Assembly (NCBI GenBank): GCA_046563655.1
Contig: JAJCTO010000014.1
Span: 310,001-360,881, forward strand
Direction of reading: 5' to 3'
From: Yuukianura sp. NJ FZ-2021
Lineage: Eukaryota
DNA: 50,881 nt
Positions 37,901 to 50,881 of this stretch are shown piece by piece (positions within the stretch are counted from its first letter, which is position 1; the number at the start of each line of letters is the position of its first letter). The notes under the pieces are model-generated. The model did no database searches. It was not told the DNA's origin and was given only the letters and a program-made list of their open reading frames with translations. The position numbers were made by a program, and so were the translations under genes.

Positions 37901-40900
37901 TGAGTCCTTCCTAGACGTGATCAAATTTCCGACAATTCCAAAAACAACACAAGTGTTAGCGGTCAAAGTTTGAAGTTACGGCCCCATGCAAACCGGGTAG
38001 AAACTTCGCTCACGGGGGTTCTAAAAGCCGATGCAAACTTTTGAATCATTTAAAAAAAATTCCCTCCTCACGAACTGAGGGGTTTTAGCGTTCAAAAGTT
38101 TAAATTCTGAATGTGGAGAGAGGCGACTCTGCCATCGCTGTACTATGAGTCCTTCCTAGACGTGATCAAATTTCCGACAATTCCAAAAACAACACAAGTG
38201 TTAGCGGTCAAAGTTTGAAGTTACGGCCCCATGCAAACCGGGTAGAAACTTCGCTCACGTGGGGTTCTAAAAGCCGATGCAAACTTTTGAATCATTTAAA
38301 AAAAATCCCTCCTCACGAACTGAGGGGTTTTAGCGTTCAAAAGTTTAAATTCTGAATGTGGAGAGAGGCGACTCTGCCATCGCTGTACTATGAGTCCTTC
38401 CTAGACGTGATCAAATTTCCGACAATTCCAAAAACAACACAAGTGTTAGCGGTCAAAGTTTGAAGTTACGGCCCCATGCAAACCGGGTAGAAACTTCGCT
38501 CACGGGGGGTTCTAAAAGCCGATGCAAACTTTTGAATCATTTAAAAAAAATTTCCCTCCTCACGAACTGAGGGGTTTTAGCGTTCAAAAGTTTAAATTCT
38601 GAATGTGGAGAGAGGCGACTCTGCCATCGCTGTACTATGAGTCCTTCCTAGACGTGATCAAATTTCCGACAATTCCAAAAACAACACAAGTGTTAGCGGT
38701 CAAAGTTTGAAGTTACGGCCCCATGCAAACCGGGTAGAAACTTCGCTCACGGGGGGTTCTAAAAGCCGATGCAAACTTTTGAATCATTTAAAAAAAATTT
38801 CCCTCCTCACGAACTGAGGGGTTTTAGCGTTCAAAAGTTTAAATTCTGAATGTGGAGAGAGGCGACTCTGCCATCGCTGTACTATGAGTCCTTCCTAGAC
38901 GTGATCAAATTTCCGACAATTCCAAAAACAACACAAGTGTTAGCGGTCAAAGTTTGAAGTTACGGCCCCATGCAAACCGGGTAGAAACTTCGCTCACGGG
39001 GGTTCTAAAACCGATGCAAACTTTTGAATCATTTAAAAAAAATTCCCTCCTCACGAACTGAGGGGTTTTAGCGTTCAAAAGTTTAAATTCTGAATGTGGA
39101 GAGAGGCGACTCTGCCATCGCTGTACTATGAGTCCTTCCTAGACGTGATCAAATTTCCGACAATTCCAAAAACAACACAAGTGTTAGCGGTCAAAGTTTG
39201 AAGTTATGGCCCCATGCAAACCGGGTAGAAACTTCGCTCACGTGGGGTTCTAAATACGATGCAAACTTTTGAATCATTTAAAAAAAAATCCCTCCTCACG
39301 AACTGAGGGGTTTTAGCGTTCAAAAGTTTAAATTCTGAATGTGGAGAGAGGCGACTCTGCCATCGCTGTACTATGAGTCCTTCCTAGACGTGATCAAATT
39401 TCCGACAATTCCAAAAACAACACAAGTGTTAGCGGTCAAAGTTTGAAGTTACGGCCCCATGCAAACCGGGTAGAAACTTCGCTCACGGGGGGTTCTAAAA
39501 GCCGATGCAAACTTTTGAATCATTTAAAAAAAAAATTCCCTCCTCACGAACTGAGGGGTTTTAGCGTTCAAAAGTTTAAATTCTGAATGTGGAGAGAGGC
39601 GACTCTGCCATCGCTGTACTATGAGTCCTTCCTAGACGTGATCAAATTTCCGACAATTCCAAAAACAACACAAGTGTTAGCGGTCAAAGTTTGAAGTTAC
39701 GGCCCCATGCAAACCGGGTAGAAACTTCGCTCACGGGGGGTTCTAAAAGCCGATGCAAACTTTTGAATCATTTAAAAAAAATTTCCCTCCTCACGAACTG
39801 AGGGGTTTTAGCGTTCAAAAGTTTAAATTCTGAATGTGGAGAGAGGCGACTCTGCCATCGCTGTACTATGAGTCCTTCCTAGACGTGATCAAATTTCCGA
39901 CAATTCCAAAAACAACACAAGTGTTAGCGGTCAAAGTTTGAAGTTACGGCCCCATGCAAACCGGGTAGAAACTTCGCTCACGGGGGGTTCTAAAAGCCGA
40001 TGCAAACTTTTGAATCATTTAAAAAAAATTTCCCTCCTCACGAACTGAGGGGTTTTAGCGTTCAAAAGTTTAAATTCTGAATGTGGAGAGAGGCGACTCT
40101 GCCATCGCTGTACTATGAGTCCTTCCTAGACGTGATCAAATTTCCGACAATTCCAAAAACAACACAAGTGTTAGCGGTCAAAGTTTGAAGTTACGGCCCC
40201 ATGCAAACCGGGTAGAAACTTCGCTCACGTGGGGTTCTAAATAGCCGATGCAAACTTTTGAATCATTTAAAAAAAAAATTCCCTCCTCACGAACTGAGGG
40301 GTTTTAGCGTTCAAAAGTTTAAATTCTGAATGTGGAGAGAGGCGACTCTGCCATCGCTGTACTATGAGTCCTTCCTAGACGTGATCAAATTTCCGACAAT
40401 TCCAAAAACAACACAAGTGTTAGCGGTCAAAGTTTGAAGTTACGGCCCCATGCAAACCGGGTAGAAACTTCGCTCACGTGGGGTTCTAAAAGCCGATGCA
40501 AACTTTTGAATCATTTAAAAAAAATTTCCCTCCTCACGAACTGAGGGGTTTTAGCGTTCAAAAGTTTAAATTCTGAATGTGGAGAGAGGCGACTCTGCCA
40601 TCGCTGTACTATGAGTCCTTCCTAGACGTGATCAAATTTCCGACAATTCCAAAAACAACACAAGTGTTAGCGGTCAAAGTTTGAAGTTACGGCCCCATGC
40701 AAACCGGGTAGAAACTTCGCTCACGTGGGGTTCTAAAAGCCGATGCAAACTTTTGAATCATTTAAAAAAAATTTCCCTCCTCACGAACTGAGGGGTTTTA
40801 GCGTTCAAAAGTTTAAATTCTGAATGTGGAGAGAGGCGACTCTGCCATCGCTGTACTATGAGTCCTTCCTAGACGTGATCAAATTTCCGACAATTCCAAA

Positions 40901-43900
40901 AACAACACAAGTGTTAGCGGTCAAAGTTTGAAGTTACGGCCCCATGCAAACCGGGTAGAAACTTCGCTCACGGGGGTTCTAAAAGCCGATGCAAACTTTT
41001 GAATCATTTAAAAAAATTTCCCTCCTCACGAACTGAGGGGTTTTAGCGTTCAAAAGTTTAAATTCTGAATGTGGAGAGAGGCGACTCTGCCATCGCTGTA
41101 CTATGAGTCCTTCCTAGACGTGATCAAATTTCCGACAATTCCAAAAACAACACAAGTGTTAGCGGTCAAAGTTTGAAGTTACGGCCCCATGCAAACCGGG
41201 TAGAAACTTCGCTCACGGGGGTTCTAAAAGCCGATGCAAACTTTTGAATCATTTAAAAAAATTTCCCTCCTCACGAACTGAGGGGTTTTAGCGTTCAAAA
41301 GTTTAAATTCTGAATGTGGAGAGAGGCGACTCTGCCATCGCTGTACTATGAGTCCTTCCTAGACGTGATCAAATTTCCGACAATTCCAAAAACAACACAA
41401 GTGTTAGCGGTCAAAGTTTGAAGTTACGGCCCCATGCAAACCGGGTAGAAACTTCGCTCACGGGGGTTCTAAAAGCCGATGCAAACTTTTGAATCATTTA
41501 AAAAAATTCCCTCCTCACGAACTGAGGGGTTTTAGCGTTCAAAAGTTTAAATTCTGAATGTGGAGAGAGGCGACTCTGCCATCGCTGTACTATGAGTCCT
41601 TCCTAGACGTGATCAAATTTCCGACAATTCCAAAAACAACACAAGTGTTAGCGGTCAAAGTTTGAAGTTATGGCCCCATGCAAACCGGGTAGAAACTTCG
41701 CTCACGTGGGGTTCTAAATACGATGCAAACTTTTGAATCATTTAAAAAAATTCCCTTCTCACGAACTGAGGGGTTTTAGCGTTCAAAAGTTTAAATTCTG
41801 AATGTGGAGAGAGGCGACTCTGCCATCGCTGTACTATGAGTCCTTCCTAGACGTGATCAAATTTCCGACAATTCCAAAAACAACACAAGTGTTAGCGGTC
41901 AAAGTTTGAAGTTACGGCCCCATGCAAACCGGGTAGAAACTTCGCTCACGGGGGTTCTAAATCCCGATGCAAACTTTTGAATCATTTAAAAAAAAATTCC
42001 CTCCTCACGAACTGAGGGGTTTTAGCGTTCAAAAGTTTAAATTCTGAATGTGGAGAGAGGCGTCTCTGCCATCGCTGTACTATGAGTCCTTCCTAGACGT
42101 GATCAAATTTCCGACAATTCCAAAAACAACACAAGTGTTAGCGGTCAAAGTTTGAAGTTACGGCCCCATGCAAACCGGGTAGAAACTTCGCTCAAGGGGG
42201 TTCTAAAAGCCGATGCAAACTTTTGAATCATTTAAAAAAATTTCCCTCCTCACGAACTGAGGGGTTTTAGCGTTCAAAAGTTTAAATTCTGAATGTGGAG
42301 AGAGGCGACTCTGCCATCGCTGTACTATGAGTCCTTCCTAGACGTGATCAAATTTCCGACAATTCCAAAAACAACACAAGTGTTAGCGGTCAAAGTTTGA
42401 AGTTACGGCCCCATGCAAACCGGGTAGAAACTTCGCTCACGGGGGGTTCTAAAAGCCGATGCAAACTTTTGAATCATTTAAAAAAAATTTCCCTCCTCAC
42501 GAACTGAGGGGTTTTAGCGTTCAAAAGTTTAAATTCTGAATGTGGAGAGAGGCGACTCTGCCATCGCTGTACTATGAGTCCTTCCTAGACGTGATCAAAT
42601 TTCCGACAATTCCAAAAACAACACAAGTGTTAGCGGTCAAAGTTTGAAGTTACGGCCCCATGCAAACCGGGTAGAAACTTCGGTCACGGGGGGTTCTATA
42701 AGCCGATGCAAACTTTTGAATCATTTAAAAAAAATTTCCCTCACGAACTGAGGGGTTTTAGCGTTCAAAAGTTTAAATTCTGAATGTGGAGAGAGGCGAC
42801 TCTGCCATCGCTGTACTATGAGTCCTTCCTAGACGTGATCAAATTTCCGACAATTCCAAAAACAACACAAGTGTTAGCGGTCAAAGTTTGAAGTTACGGC
42901 CCCATGCAAACCGGGTAGAAACTTCGCTCACGGGGGGTTCTAAAAGCCGATGCAAACTTTTGAATCATTTAAAAAAATTCCCTCCTCACGAACTGAGGGG
43001 TTTTAGCGTTCAAAAGTTTAAATTCTGAATGTGGAGAGAGGCGACTCTGCCATCGCTGTACTATGAGTCCTTCCTAGACGTGATCAAATTTCCGACAATT
43101 CCAAAAACAACACAAGTGTTAGCGGTCAAAGTTTGAAGTTACGGCCCCATGCAAACCGGGTAGAAACTTCGCTCACGGGGGGTTCTAAAACCCGATGCAA
43201 ACTTTTGAATCATTTAAAAAAAAAAATTCCCTCCTCACGAACTGAGGGGTTTTAGCGTTCAAAAGTTTAAATTCTGAATGTGGAGAGAGGCGACTCTGCC
43301 ATCGCTGTACTATGAGTCCTTCCTAGACGTGATCAAATTTCCGACAATTCCAAAAACAACACAAGTGTTAGCGGTCAAAGTTTGAAGTTACGGCCCCATG
43401 CAAACCGGGTAGAAACTTCGCTCACGGGCGGTTCTAAAAGCCGATGCAAACTTTTGAATCATTTAAAAAAATTTCCCTCCTCACGAACTGAGGGGTTTTA
43501 GCGTTCAAAAGTTTAAATTCTGAATGTGGAGAGAGGCGACTCTGCCATCGCTGTACTATGAGTCCTTCCTAGACGTGATCAAATTTCCGACAATTCCAAA
43601 AACAACACAAGTGTTAGCGGTCAAAGTTTGAAGTTACGGCCCCATGCAAACCGGGTAGAAACTTCGCTCACGTGGGGTTCTAAAAGCCGATGCAAACTTT
43701 TGAATCATTTAAAAAAATTTCCCTCCTCACGAACTGAGGGGTTTTAGCGTTCAAAAGTTTAAATTCTGAATGTGGAGAGAGGCGACTCTGCCATCGCTGT
43801 ACTATGAGTCCTTCCTAGACGTGATCAAATTTCCGACAATTCCAAAAACAACACAAGTGTTAGCGGTCAAAGTTTGAAGTTACGGCCCCATGCAAACCGG

Positions 43901-46900
43901 GTAGAAACTTCGCTCACGTGGGGTTCTAAATACGATGCAAACTTTTGAATCATTTAAAAAAAATTCCCTCCTCACGAACTGAGGGGTTTTAGCGTTCAAA
44001 AGTTTAAATTCTGAATGTGGAGAGAGGCGACTCTGCCATCGCTGTACTATGAGTCCTTCCTAGACGTGATCAAATTTCCGACAATTCCAAAAACAACACA
44101 AGTGTTAGCGGTCAAAGTTTGAAGTTACGGCCCCATGCAAACCGGGTAGAAACTTCGCTCACGTGGGGTTCTAAAAGCCGATGCAAACTTTTGAATCATT
44201 TAAAAAAAAATTCCCTCCTCACGAACTGAGGGGTTTTAGCGTTCAAAAGTTTAAATTCTGAATGTGGAGAGAGGCGACTCTGCCATCGCTGTACTATGAG
44301 TCCTTCCTAGACGTGATCAAATTTCCGACAATTCCAAAAACAACACAAGTGTTAGCGGTCAAAGTTTGAAGTTACGGCCCCATGCAAACCGGGTAGAAAC
44401 TTCGCTCACGGGGGGTTCTAAAAGCCCGATGCAAACTTTTGAATCATTTAAAAAAGTTCCCTCCTCACGAACTGAGGGGTTTTAGCGTTCAAAAGTTTAA
44501 ATTCTGAATGTGGAGAGAGGCGACTCTGCCATCGCTGTACTATGAGTCCTTCCTAGACGTGATCAAATTTCCGACAATTCCAAAAACAACACAAGTGTTA
44601 GCGGTCAAAGTTTGAAGTTACGGCCCCATGCAAACCGGGTAGAAACTTCGCTCACGTGGGGTTCTAAAGCCGATGCAAACTTTTGAATCATTTAAAAATA
44701 ATTCCCTCCTCACGAACTGAGGGGTTTTAGCGTTCAAAAGTTTAAATTCTGAATGTGGAGAGAGGCGACTCTGCCATCGCTGTACTATGAGTCCTTCCTA
44801 GACGTGATCAAATTTCCGACAATTCCAAAAACAACACAAGTGTTAGCGGTCAAAGTTTGAAGTTATGGCCCCATGCAAACCGGGTAGAAACTTCGCTCAC
44901 GTGGGGTTCTAAATACGATGCAAACTTTTGAATCATTTAAAAAAAAATCCCTCCTCACGAACTGAGGGGTTTTAGCGTTCAAAAGTTTAAATTCTGAATG
45001 TGGAGAGAGGCGACTCTGCCATCGCTGTACTATGAGTCCTTCCTAGACGTGATCAAATTTCCGACAATTCCAAAAACAACACAAGTGTTAGCGGTCAAAG
45101 TTTGAAGTTACGGCCCCATGCAAACCGGGTAGAAACTTCGCTCACGGGGGGTTCTAAAACCCGATGCAAACTTTTGAATCATTTAAAAAAATTCCCTTCT
45201 CACGAACTGAGGGGTTTTAGCGTTCAAAAGTTTAAATTCTGAATGTGGAGAGAGGCGTCTCTGCCATCGCTGTACTATGAGTCCTTCCTAGACGTGATCA
45301 AATTTCCGACAATTCCAAAAACAACACAAGTGTTAGCGGTCAAAGTTTGAAGTTACGGCCCCATGCAAACCGGGTAGAAACTTCGCTCACGGGGGGTTCT
45401 AAAAGCCGATGCAAACTTTTGAATCATTTAAAAAATTTCCCTCCTCACGAACTGAGGGGTTTTAGCGTTCAAAAGTTTAAATTCTGAATGTGGAGAGAGG
45501 CGACTCTGCCATCGCTGTACTATGAGTCCTTCCTAGACGTGATCAAATTTCCGACAATTCCAAAAACAACACAAGTGTTAGCGGTCAAAGTTTGAAGTTA
45601 CGGCCCCATGCAAACCGGGTAGAAACTTCGCTCACGTGGGGTTCTAAAAGCCGATGCAAACTTTTGAATCATTTAAAAAAAATTTCCCTCCTCACGAACT
45701 GAGGGGTTTTAGCGTTCAAAAGTTTAAATTCTGAATGTGGAGAGAGGCGACTCTGCCATCGCTGTACTATGAGTCCTTCCTAGACGTGATCAAATTTCCG
45801 ACAATTCCAAAAACAACACAAGTGTTAGCGGTCAAAGTTTGAAGTTACGGCCCCATGCAAACCGGGTAGAAACTTCGCTCACGTGGGGTTCTAAATACGA
45901 TGCAAACTTTTGAATCATTTAAAAAAAATCCCTCCTCACGAACTGAGGGGTTTTAGCGTTCAAAAGTTTAAATTCTGAATGTGGAGAGAGGCGACTCTGC
46001 CATCGCTGTACTATGAGTCCTTCCTAGACGTGATCAAATTTCCGACAATTCCAAAAACAACACAAGTGTTAGCGGTCAAAGTTTGAAGTTACGGCCCCAT
46101 GCAAACCGGGTAGAAACTTCGCTCAAGGGGGGTTCTAAAAGCCGATGCAAACTTTTGAATCATTTAAAAAAAATTTCCCTCCTCACGAACTGAAGGGTTT
46201 TAGCGTTCAAAAGTTTAAATTCTGAATGTGGAGAGAGGCGACTCTGCCATCGCTGTACTATGAGTCCTTCCTAGACGTGATCAAATTTCCGACAATTCCA
46301 AAAACAACACAAGTGTTAGCGGTCAAAGTTTGAAGTTACGGCCCCATGCAAACCGGGTAGAAACTTCGCTCACGTGGGGTTCTAAAAGCCGATGCAAACT
46401 TTTGAATCATTTAAAAAAATTTCCCTCCTCACGAACTGAGGGGTTTTAGCGTTCAAAAGTTTAAATTCTGAATGTGGAGAGAGGCGACTCTGCCATCGCT
46501 GTACTATGAGTCCTTCCTAGACGTGATCAAATTTCCGACAATTCCAAAAACAACACAAGTGTTAGCGGTCAAAGTTTGAAGTTACGGCCCCATGCAAACC
46601 GGGTAGAAACTTCGCTCACGGGGGGTTCTAAATCCCGATGCAAACTTTTGAATCATTTAAAAAAAAATTCCCTCCTCACGAACTGAGGGGTTTTAGCGTT
46701 CAAGAGTTTAAATTCTGAATGTGGAGAGAGGCGACTCTGCCATCGCTGTACTATGAGTCCTTCCTAGACGTGATCAAATTTCCGACAATTCCAAAAACAA
46801 CACAAGTGTTAGCGGTCAAAGTTTGAAGTTACGGCCCCATGCAAACCGGGTAGAAACTTCGCTCACGGGGGGTTCTAAAAGCCGATGCAAACTTTTGAAT

Positions 46901-49900
46901 CATTTAAAAAAAATTTCCGTCCTCACGAACTGAGGGGTTTTAGCGTTCAAGAGTTTAAATTCTGAATGTGGAGAGAGGCGACTCTGCCATCGCTGTACTA
47001 TGAGTCCTTCCTAGACGTGATCAAATTTCCGACAATTCCAAAAACAACACAAGTGTTAGCGGTCAAAGTTTGAAGTTACGGCCCCATGCAAACCGGGTAG
47101 AAACTTCGCTCACGTGGGGTTCTAAAAGCCGATGCAAACTTTTGAATCATTTAAAAAAATTCCCTCCTCACGAACTGAGGGGTTTTAGCGTTCAAAAGTT
47201 TAAATTCTGAATGTGGAGAGAGGCGACTCTGCCATCGCTGTACTATGAGTCCTTCCTAGACGTGATCAAATTTCCGACAATTCCAAAAACAACACAAGTG
47301 TTAGCGGTCAAAGTTTGAAGTTACGGCCCCATGCAAACCGGGTAGAAACTTCGCTCACGTGGGGTTCTAAATACGATGCAAACTTTTGAATCATTTAAAA
47401 AAATTCCCTTCTCACGAACTGAGGGGTTTTAGCGTTCAAAAGTTTAAATTCTGAATGTGGAGAGAGGCGACTCTGCCATCGCTGTACTATGAGTCCTTCC
47501 TAGACGTGATCAAATTTCCGACAATTCCAAAAACAACACAAGTGTTAGCGGTCAAAGTTTGAAGTTACGGCCCCATGCAAACCGGGTAGAAACTTCGCTC
47601 ACGTGGGGTTCTAAAACCCGATGCAAACTTTTGAATCATTTAAAAAAATTCCCTTCTCACGAACTGAGGGGTTTTAGCGTTCAAAAGTTTAAATTCTGAA
47701 TGTGGAGAGAGGCGACTCTGCCATCGCTGTACTATGAGTCCTTCCTAGACGTGATCAAATTTCCGACAATTCCAAAAACAACACAAGTGTTAGCGGTCAA
47801 AGTTTGAAGTTACGGCCCCATGCAAACCGGGTAGAAACTTCGGTCACGGGGGGTTCTATAAGCCGATGCAAACTTTTGAATCATTTAAAAAAGTTCCCTT
47901 CTCACGAACTGAGGGGTTTTAGCGTTCAAAAGTTTAAATTCTGAATGTGGAGAGAGGCGTCTCTGCCATCGCTGTACTATGAGTCCTTCCTAGACGTGAT
48001 CAAATTTCCGACAATTCCAAAAACAACACAAGTGTTAGCGGTCAAAGTTTGAAGTTACGGCCCCATGCAAACCGGGTAGAAACTTCGCTCACGGGGGGTT
48101 CTAAAAGCCGATGCAAACTTTTGAATCATTTAAAAAAAATTTCCCTCCTCACGAACTGAGGGGTTTTAGCGTTCAAAAGTTTAAATTCTGAATGTGGAGA
48201 GAGGCGACTCTGCCATCGCTGTACTATGAGTCCTTCCTAGACGTGATCAAATTTCCGACAATTCCAAAAACAACACAAGTGTTAGCGGTCAAAGTTTGAA
48301 GTTACGGCCCCATGCAAACCGGGTAGAAACTTCGCTCACGTGGGGTTCTAAAAGCCGATGCAAACTTTTGAATCATTTAAAAAAATTCCCTCCTCACGAA
48401 CTGAGGGGTTTTAGCGTTCAAAAGTTTAAATTCTGAATGTGGAGAGAGGCGACTCTGCCATCGCTGTACTATGAGTCCTTCCTAGACGTGATCAAATTTC
48501 CGACAATTCCAAAAACAACACAAGTGTTAGCGGTCAAAGTTTGAAGTTACGGCCCCATGCAAACCGGGTAGAAACTTCGCTCACGTGGGGTTCTAAATAC
48601 GATGCAAACTTTTGAATCATTTAAAAAAAATTCCCTCCTCACGAACTGAGGGGTTTTAGCGTTCAAAAGTTTAAATTCTGAATGTGGAGAGAGGCGACTC
48701 TGCCATCGCTGTACTATGAGTCCTTCCTAGACGTGATCAAATTTCCGACAATTCCAAAAACAACACAAGTGTTAGCGGTCAAAGTTTGAAGTTACGGCCC
48801 CATGCAAACCGGGTAGAAACTTCGCTCACGGGGGGTTCTAAAAGCCGATGCAAACTTTTGAATCATTTAAAAAAAATTCCCTCCTCACGAACTGAGGGGT
48901 TTTAGCGTTCAAAAGTTTAAATTCTGAATGTGGAGAGAGGCGACTCTGCCATCGCTGTACTATGAGTCCTTCCTAGACGTGATCAAATTTCCGACAATTC
49001 CAAAAACAACACAAGTGTTAGCGGTCAAAGTTTGAAGTTACGGCCCCATGCAAACCGGGTAGAAACTTCGCTCACGTGGGGTTCTAAATACGATGCAAAC
49101 TTTTGAATCATTTAAAAAAATTCCCTTCTCACGAACTGAGGGGTTTTAGCGTTCAAAAGTTTAAATTCTGAATGTGGAGAGAGGCGACTCTGCCATCGCT
49201 GTACTATGAGTCCTTCCTAGACGTGATCAAATTTCCGACAATTCCAAAAACAACACAAGTGTTAGCGGTCAAAGTTTGAAGTTACGGCCCCATGCAAACC
49301 GGGTAGAAACTTCGCTCACGTGGGGTTCTAAAAGCCGATGCAAACTTTTGAATCATTTAAAAAAAATTTCCCTCCTCACGAACTGAGGGGTTTTAGCGTT
49401 CAAAAGTTTAAATTCTGAATGTGGAGAGAGGCGACTCTGCCATCGCTGTACTATGAGTCCTTCCTAGACGTGATCAAATTTCCGACAATTCCAAAAACAA
49501 CACAAGTGTTAGCGGTCAAAGTTTGAAGTTACGGCCCCATGCAAACCGGGTAGAAACTTCGCTCACGTGGGGTTCTAAATACGATGCAAACTTTTGAATC
49601 ATTTAAAAAAAAATCCCTCCTCACGAACTGAGGGGTTTTAGCGTTCAAAAGTTTAAATTCTGAATGTGGAGAGAGGCGACTCTGCCATCGCTGTACTATG
49701 AGTCCTTCCTAGACGTGATCAAATTTCCGACAATTCCAAAAACAACACAAGAGTTAGCGGTCAAAGTTTGAAGTTACGGCCCCATGCAAACCGGGTAGAA
49801 ACTTCGCTCAAGGGGGGTTCTAAAAGGCGATGCAAACTTTTGAATCATTTAAAAAAAATGTCCCTCCTCACGAACTGAGGGGTTTTAGCGTTCAAAAGTT

Positions 49901-50881
49901 TAAATTCTGAATGTGGAGAGAGGCGACTCTGCCATCGCTGTACTATGAGTCCTTCCTAGACGTGATCAAATTTCCGACAATTCCAAAAACAACACAAGTG
50001 TTAGCGGTCAAAGTTTGAAGTTACGGCCCCATGCAAACCGGGTAGAAACTTCGCTCACGTGGGGTTCTAAATACGATGCAAACTTTTGAATCATTTAAAA
50101 AAATTCCCTTCTCACGAACTGAGGGGTTTTAGCGTTCAAAAGTTTAAATTCTGAATGTGGAGAGAGGCGACTCTGCCATCGCTGTACTATGAGTCCTTCC
50201 TAGACGTGATCAAATTTCCGACAATTCCAAAAACAACACAAGAGTTAGCGGTCAAAGTTTGAAGTTACGGCCCCATGCAAACCGGGTAGAAACTTCGGTC
50301 ACGGGGGGTTCTATAAGCCGATGCAAACTTTTGAATCATTTAAAAAAAATTTCCCTCACGAACTGAGGGGTTTTAGCGTTCAAAAGTTTAAATTCTGAAT
50401 GTGGAGAGAGGCGTCTCTGCCATCGCTGTACTATGAGTCCTTCCTAGACGTGATCAAATTTCCGACAATTCCAAAAACAACACAAGTGTTAGCGGTCAAA
50501 GTTTGAAGTTACGGCCCCATGCAAACCGGGTAGAAACTTCGCTCACGGGGGGTTCTAAAAGCCGATGCAAACTTTTGAATCATTTAAAAAAAATTTCCCT
50601 CCTCACGAACTGAGGGGTTTTAGCGTTCAAAAGTTTAAATTCTGAATGTGGAGAGAGGCGACTCTGCCATCGCTGTACTATGAGTCCTTCCTAGACGTGA
50701 TCAAATTTCCGACAATTCCAAAAACAACACAAGTGTTAGCGGTCAAAGTTTGAAGTTACGGCCCCATGCAAACCGGGTAGAAACTTCGCTCACGGGGGGT
50801 TCTAAAAGCCGATGCAAACTTTTGAATCATTTAAAAAAAAATTCCCTCCTCACGAACTGAGGGGTTTTAGCGTTCAAAAGT

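Larger units (their letters stand above)
1..50881. repeat. Tandem satellite DNA array, ~245-bp monomer, about 190-195 copies, interrupted by 3 MITEs and 1 LTR element
   Basis: The unit GGGGTTTTAGCGTTCAAAAGTTTAAATTCTGAATGTGGAGAGAGGCGACTCTGCCATCGCTGTACTATGAGTCCTTCCTAGACGTGATCAAATTTCCGACAATTCCAAAAACAACACAAGTGTTAGCGGTCAAAGTTTGAAGTTACGGCCCCATGCAAACCGGGTAGAAACTTCGCTCACG(G/T)GGGGTTCTAAAAGCCGATGCAAACTTTTGAATCATTT(A)nTTCCCTCCTCACGAACTGA recurs head-to-tail (starts at 1, 243, 488, 735 ...) to the window end. Copies differ by only a few SNPs and homopolymer lengths. A centromeric role is an inference. Confidence 0.99.

Noticed and set aside
1..50881. CRISPR array or tandem 5S/tRNA/snRNA/spliced-leader gene cluster
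   Set aside because: There are no unique spacers or cas genes, and the monomer resembles no structural RNA I recognise. An Rfam cmscan would be the definitive check.

Overview
This window is eukaryotic, probably metazoan, satellite DNA of centromeric or pericentromeric type. About 93% is a head-to-tail array of roughly 190-195 near-identical ~245-bp monomers (243-248 bp), which runs off both ends of the window. Four insertions interrupt it. Three are copies of a ~484-bp PIF/Harbinger-type MITE (15-bp TIR AGCCCAATTTATACT, TAA target-site duplication), all at the same monomer position. The fourth is a complete, very recent 1,985-bp non-autonomous LTR retroelement with identical 161-bp LTRs, a 4-bp CTTC TSD and a tRNA-Phe PBS. 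It has no gag/pol but carries one intact 276-codon ORF of unknown function with a C-terminal hydrophobic segment. The left 17 kb shows higher-order repeats (5-/10-mer, 4-mer) and a ~4.4-kb offset duplication. The right 30 kb is more homogeneous, with shuffled variants that may be partly assembly consensus artefacts. No host genes, rRNA/tRNA genes or CRISPR arrays were found.
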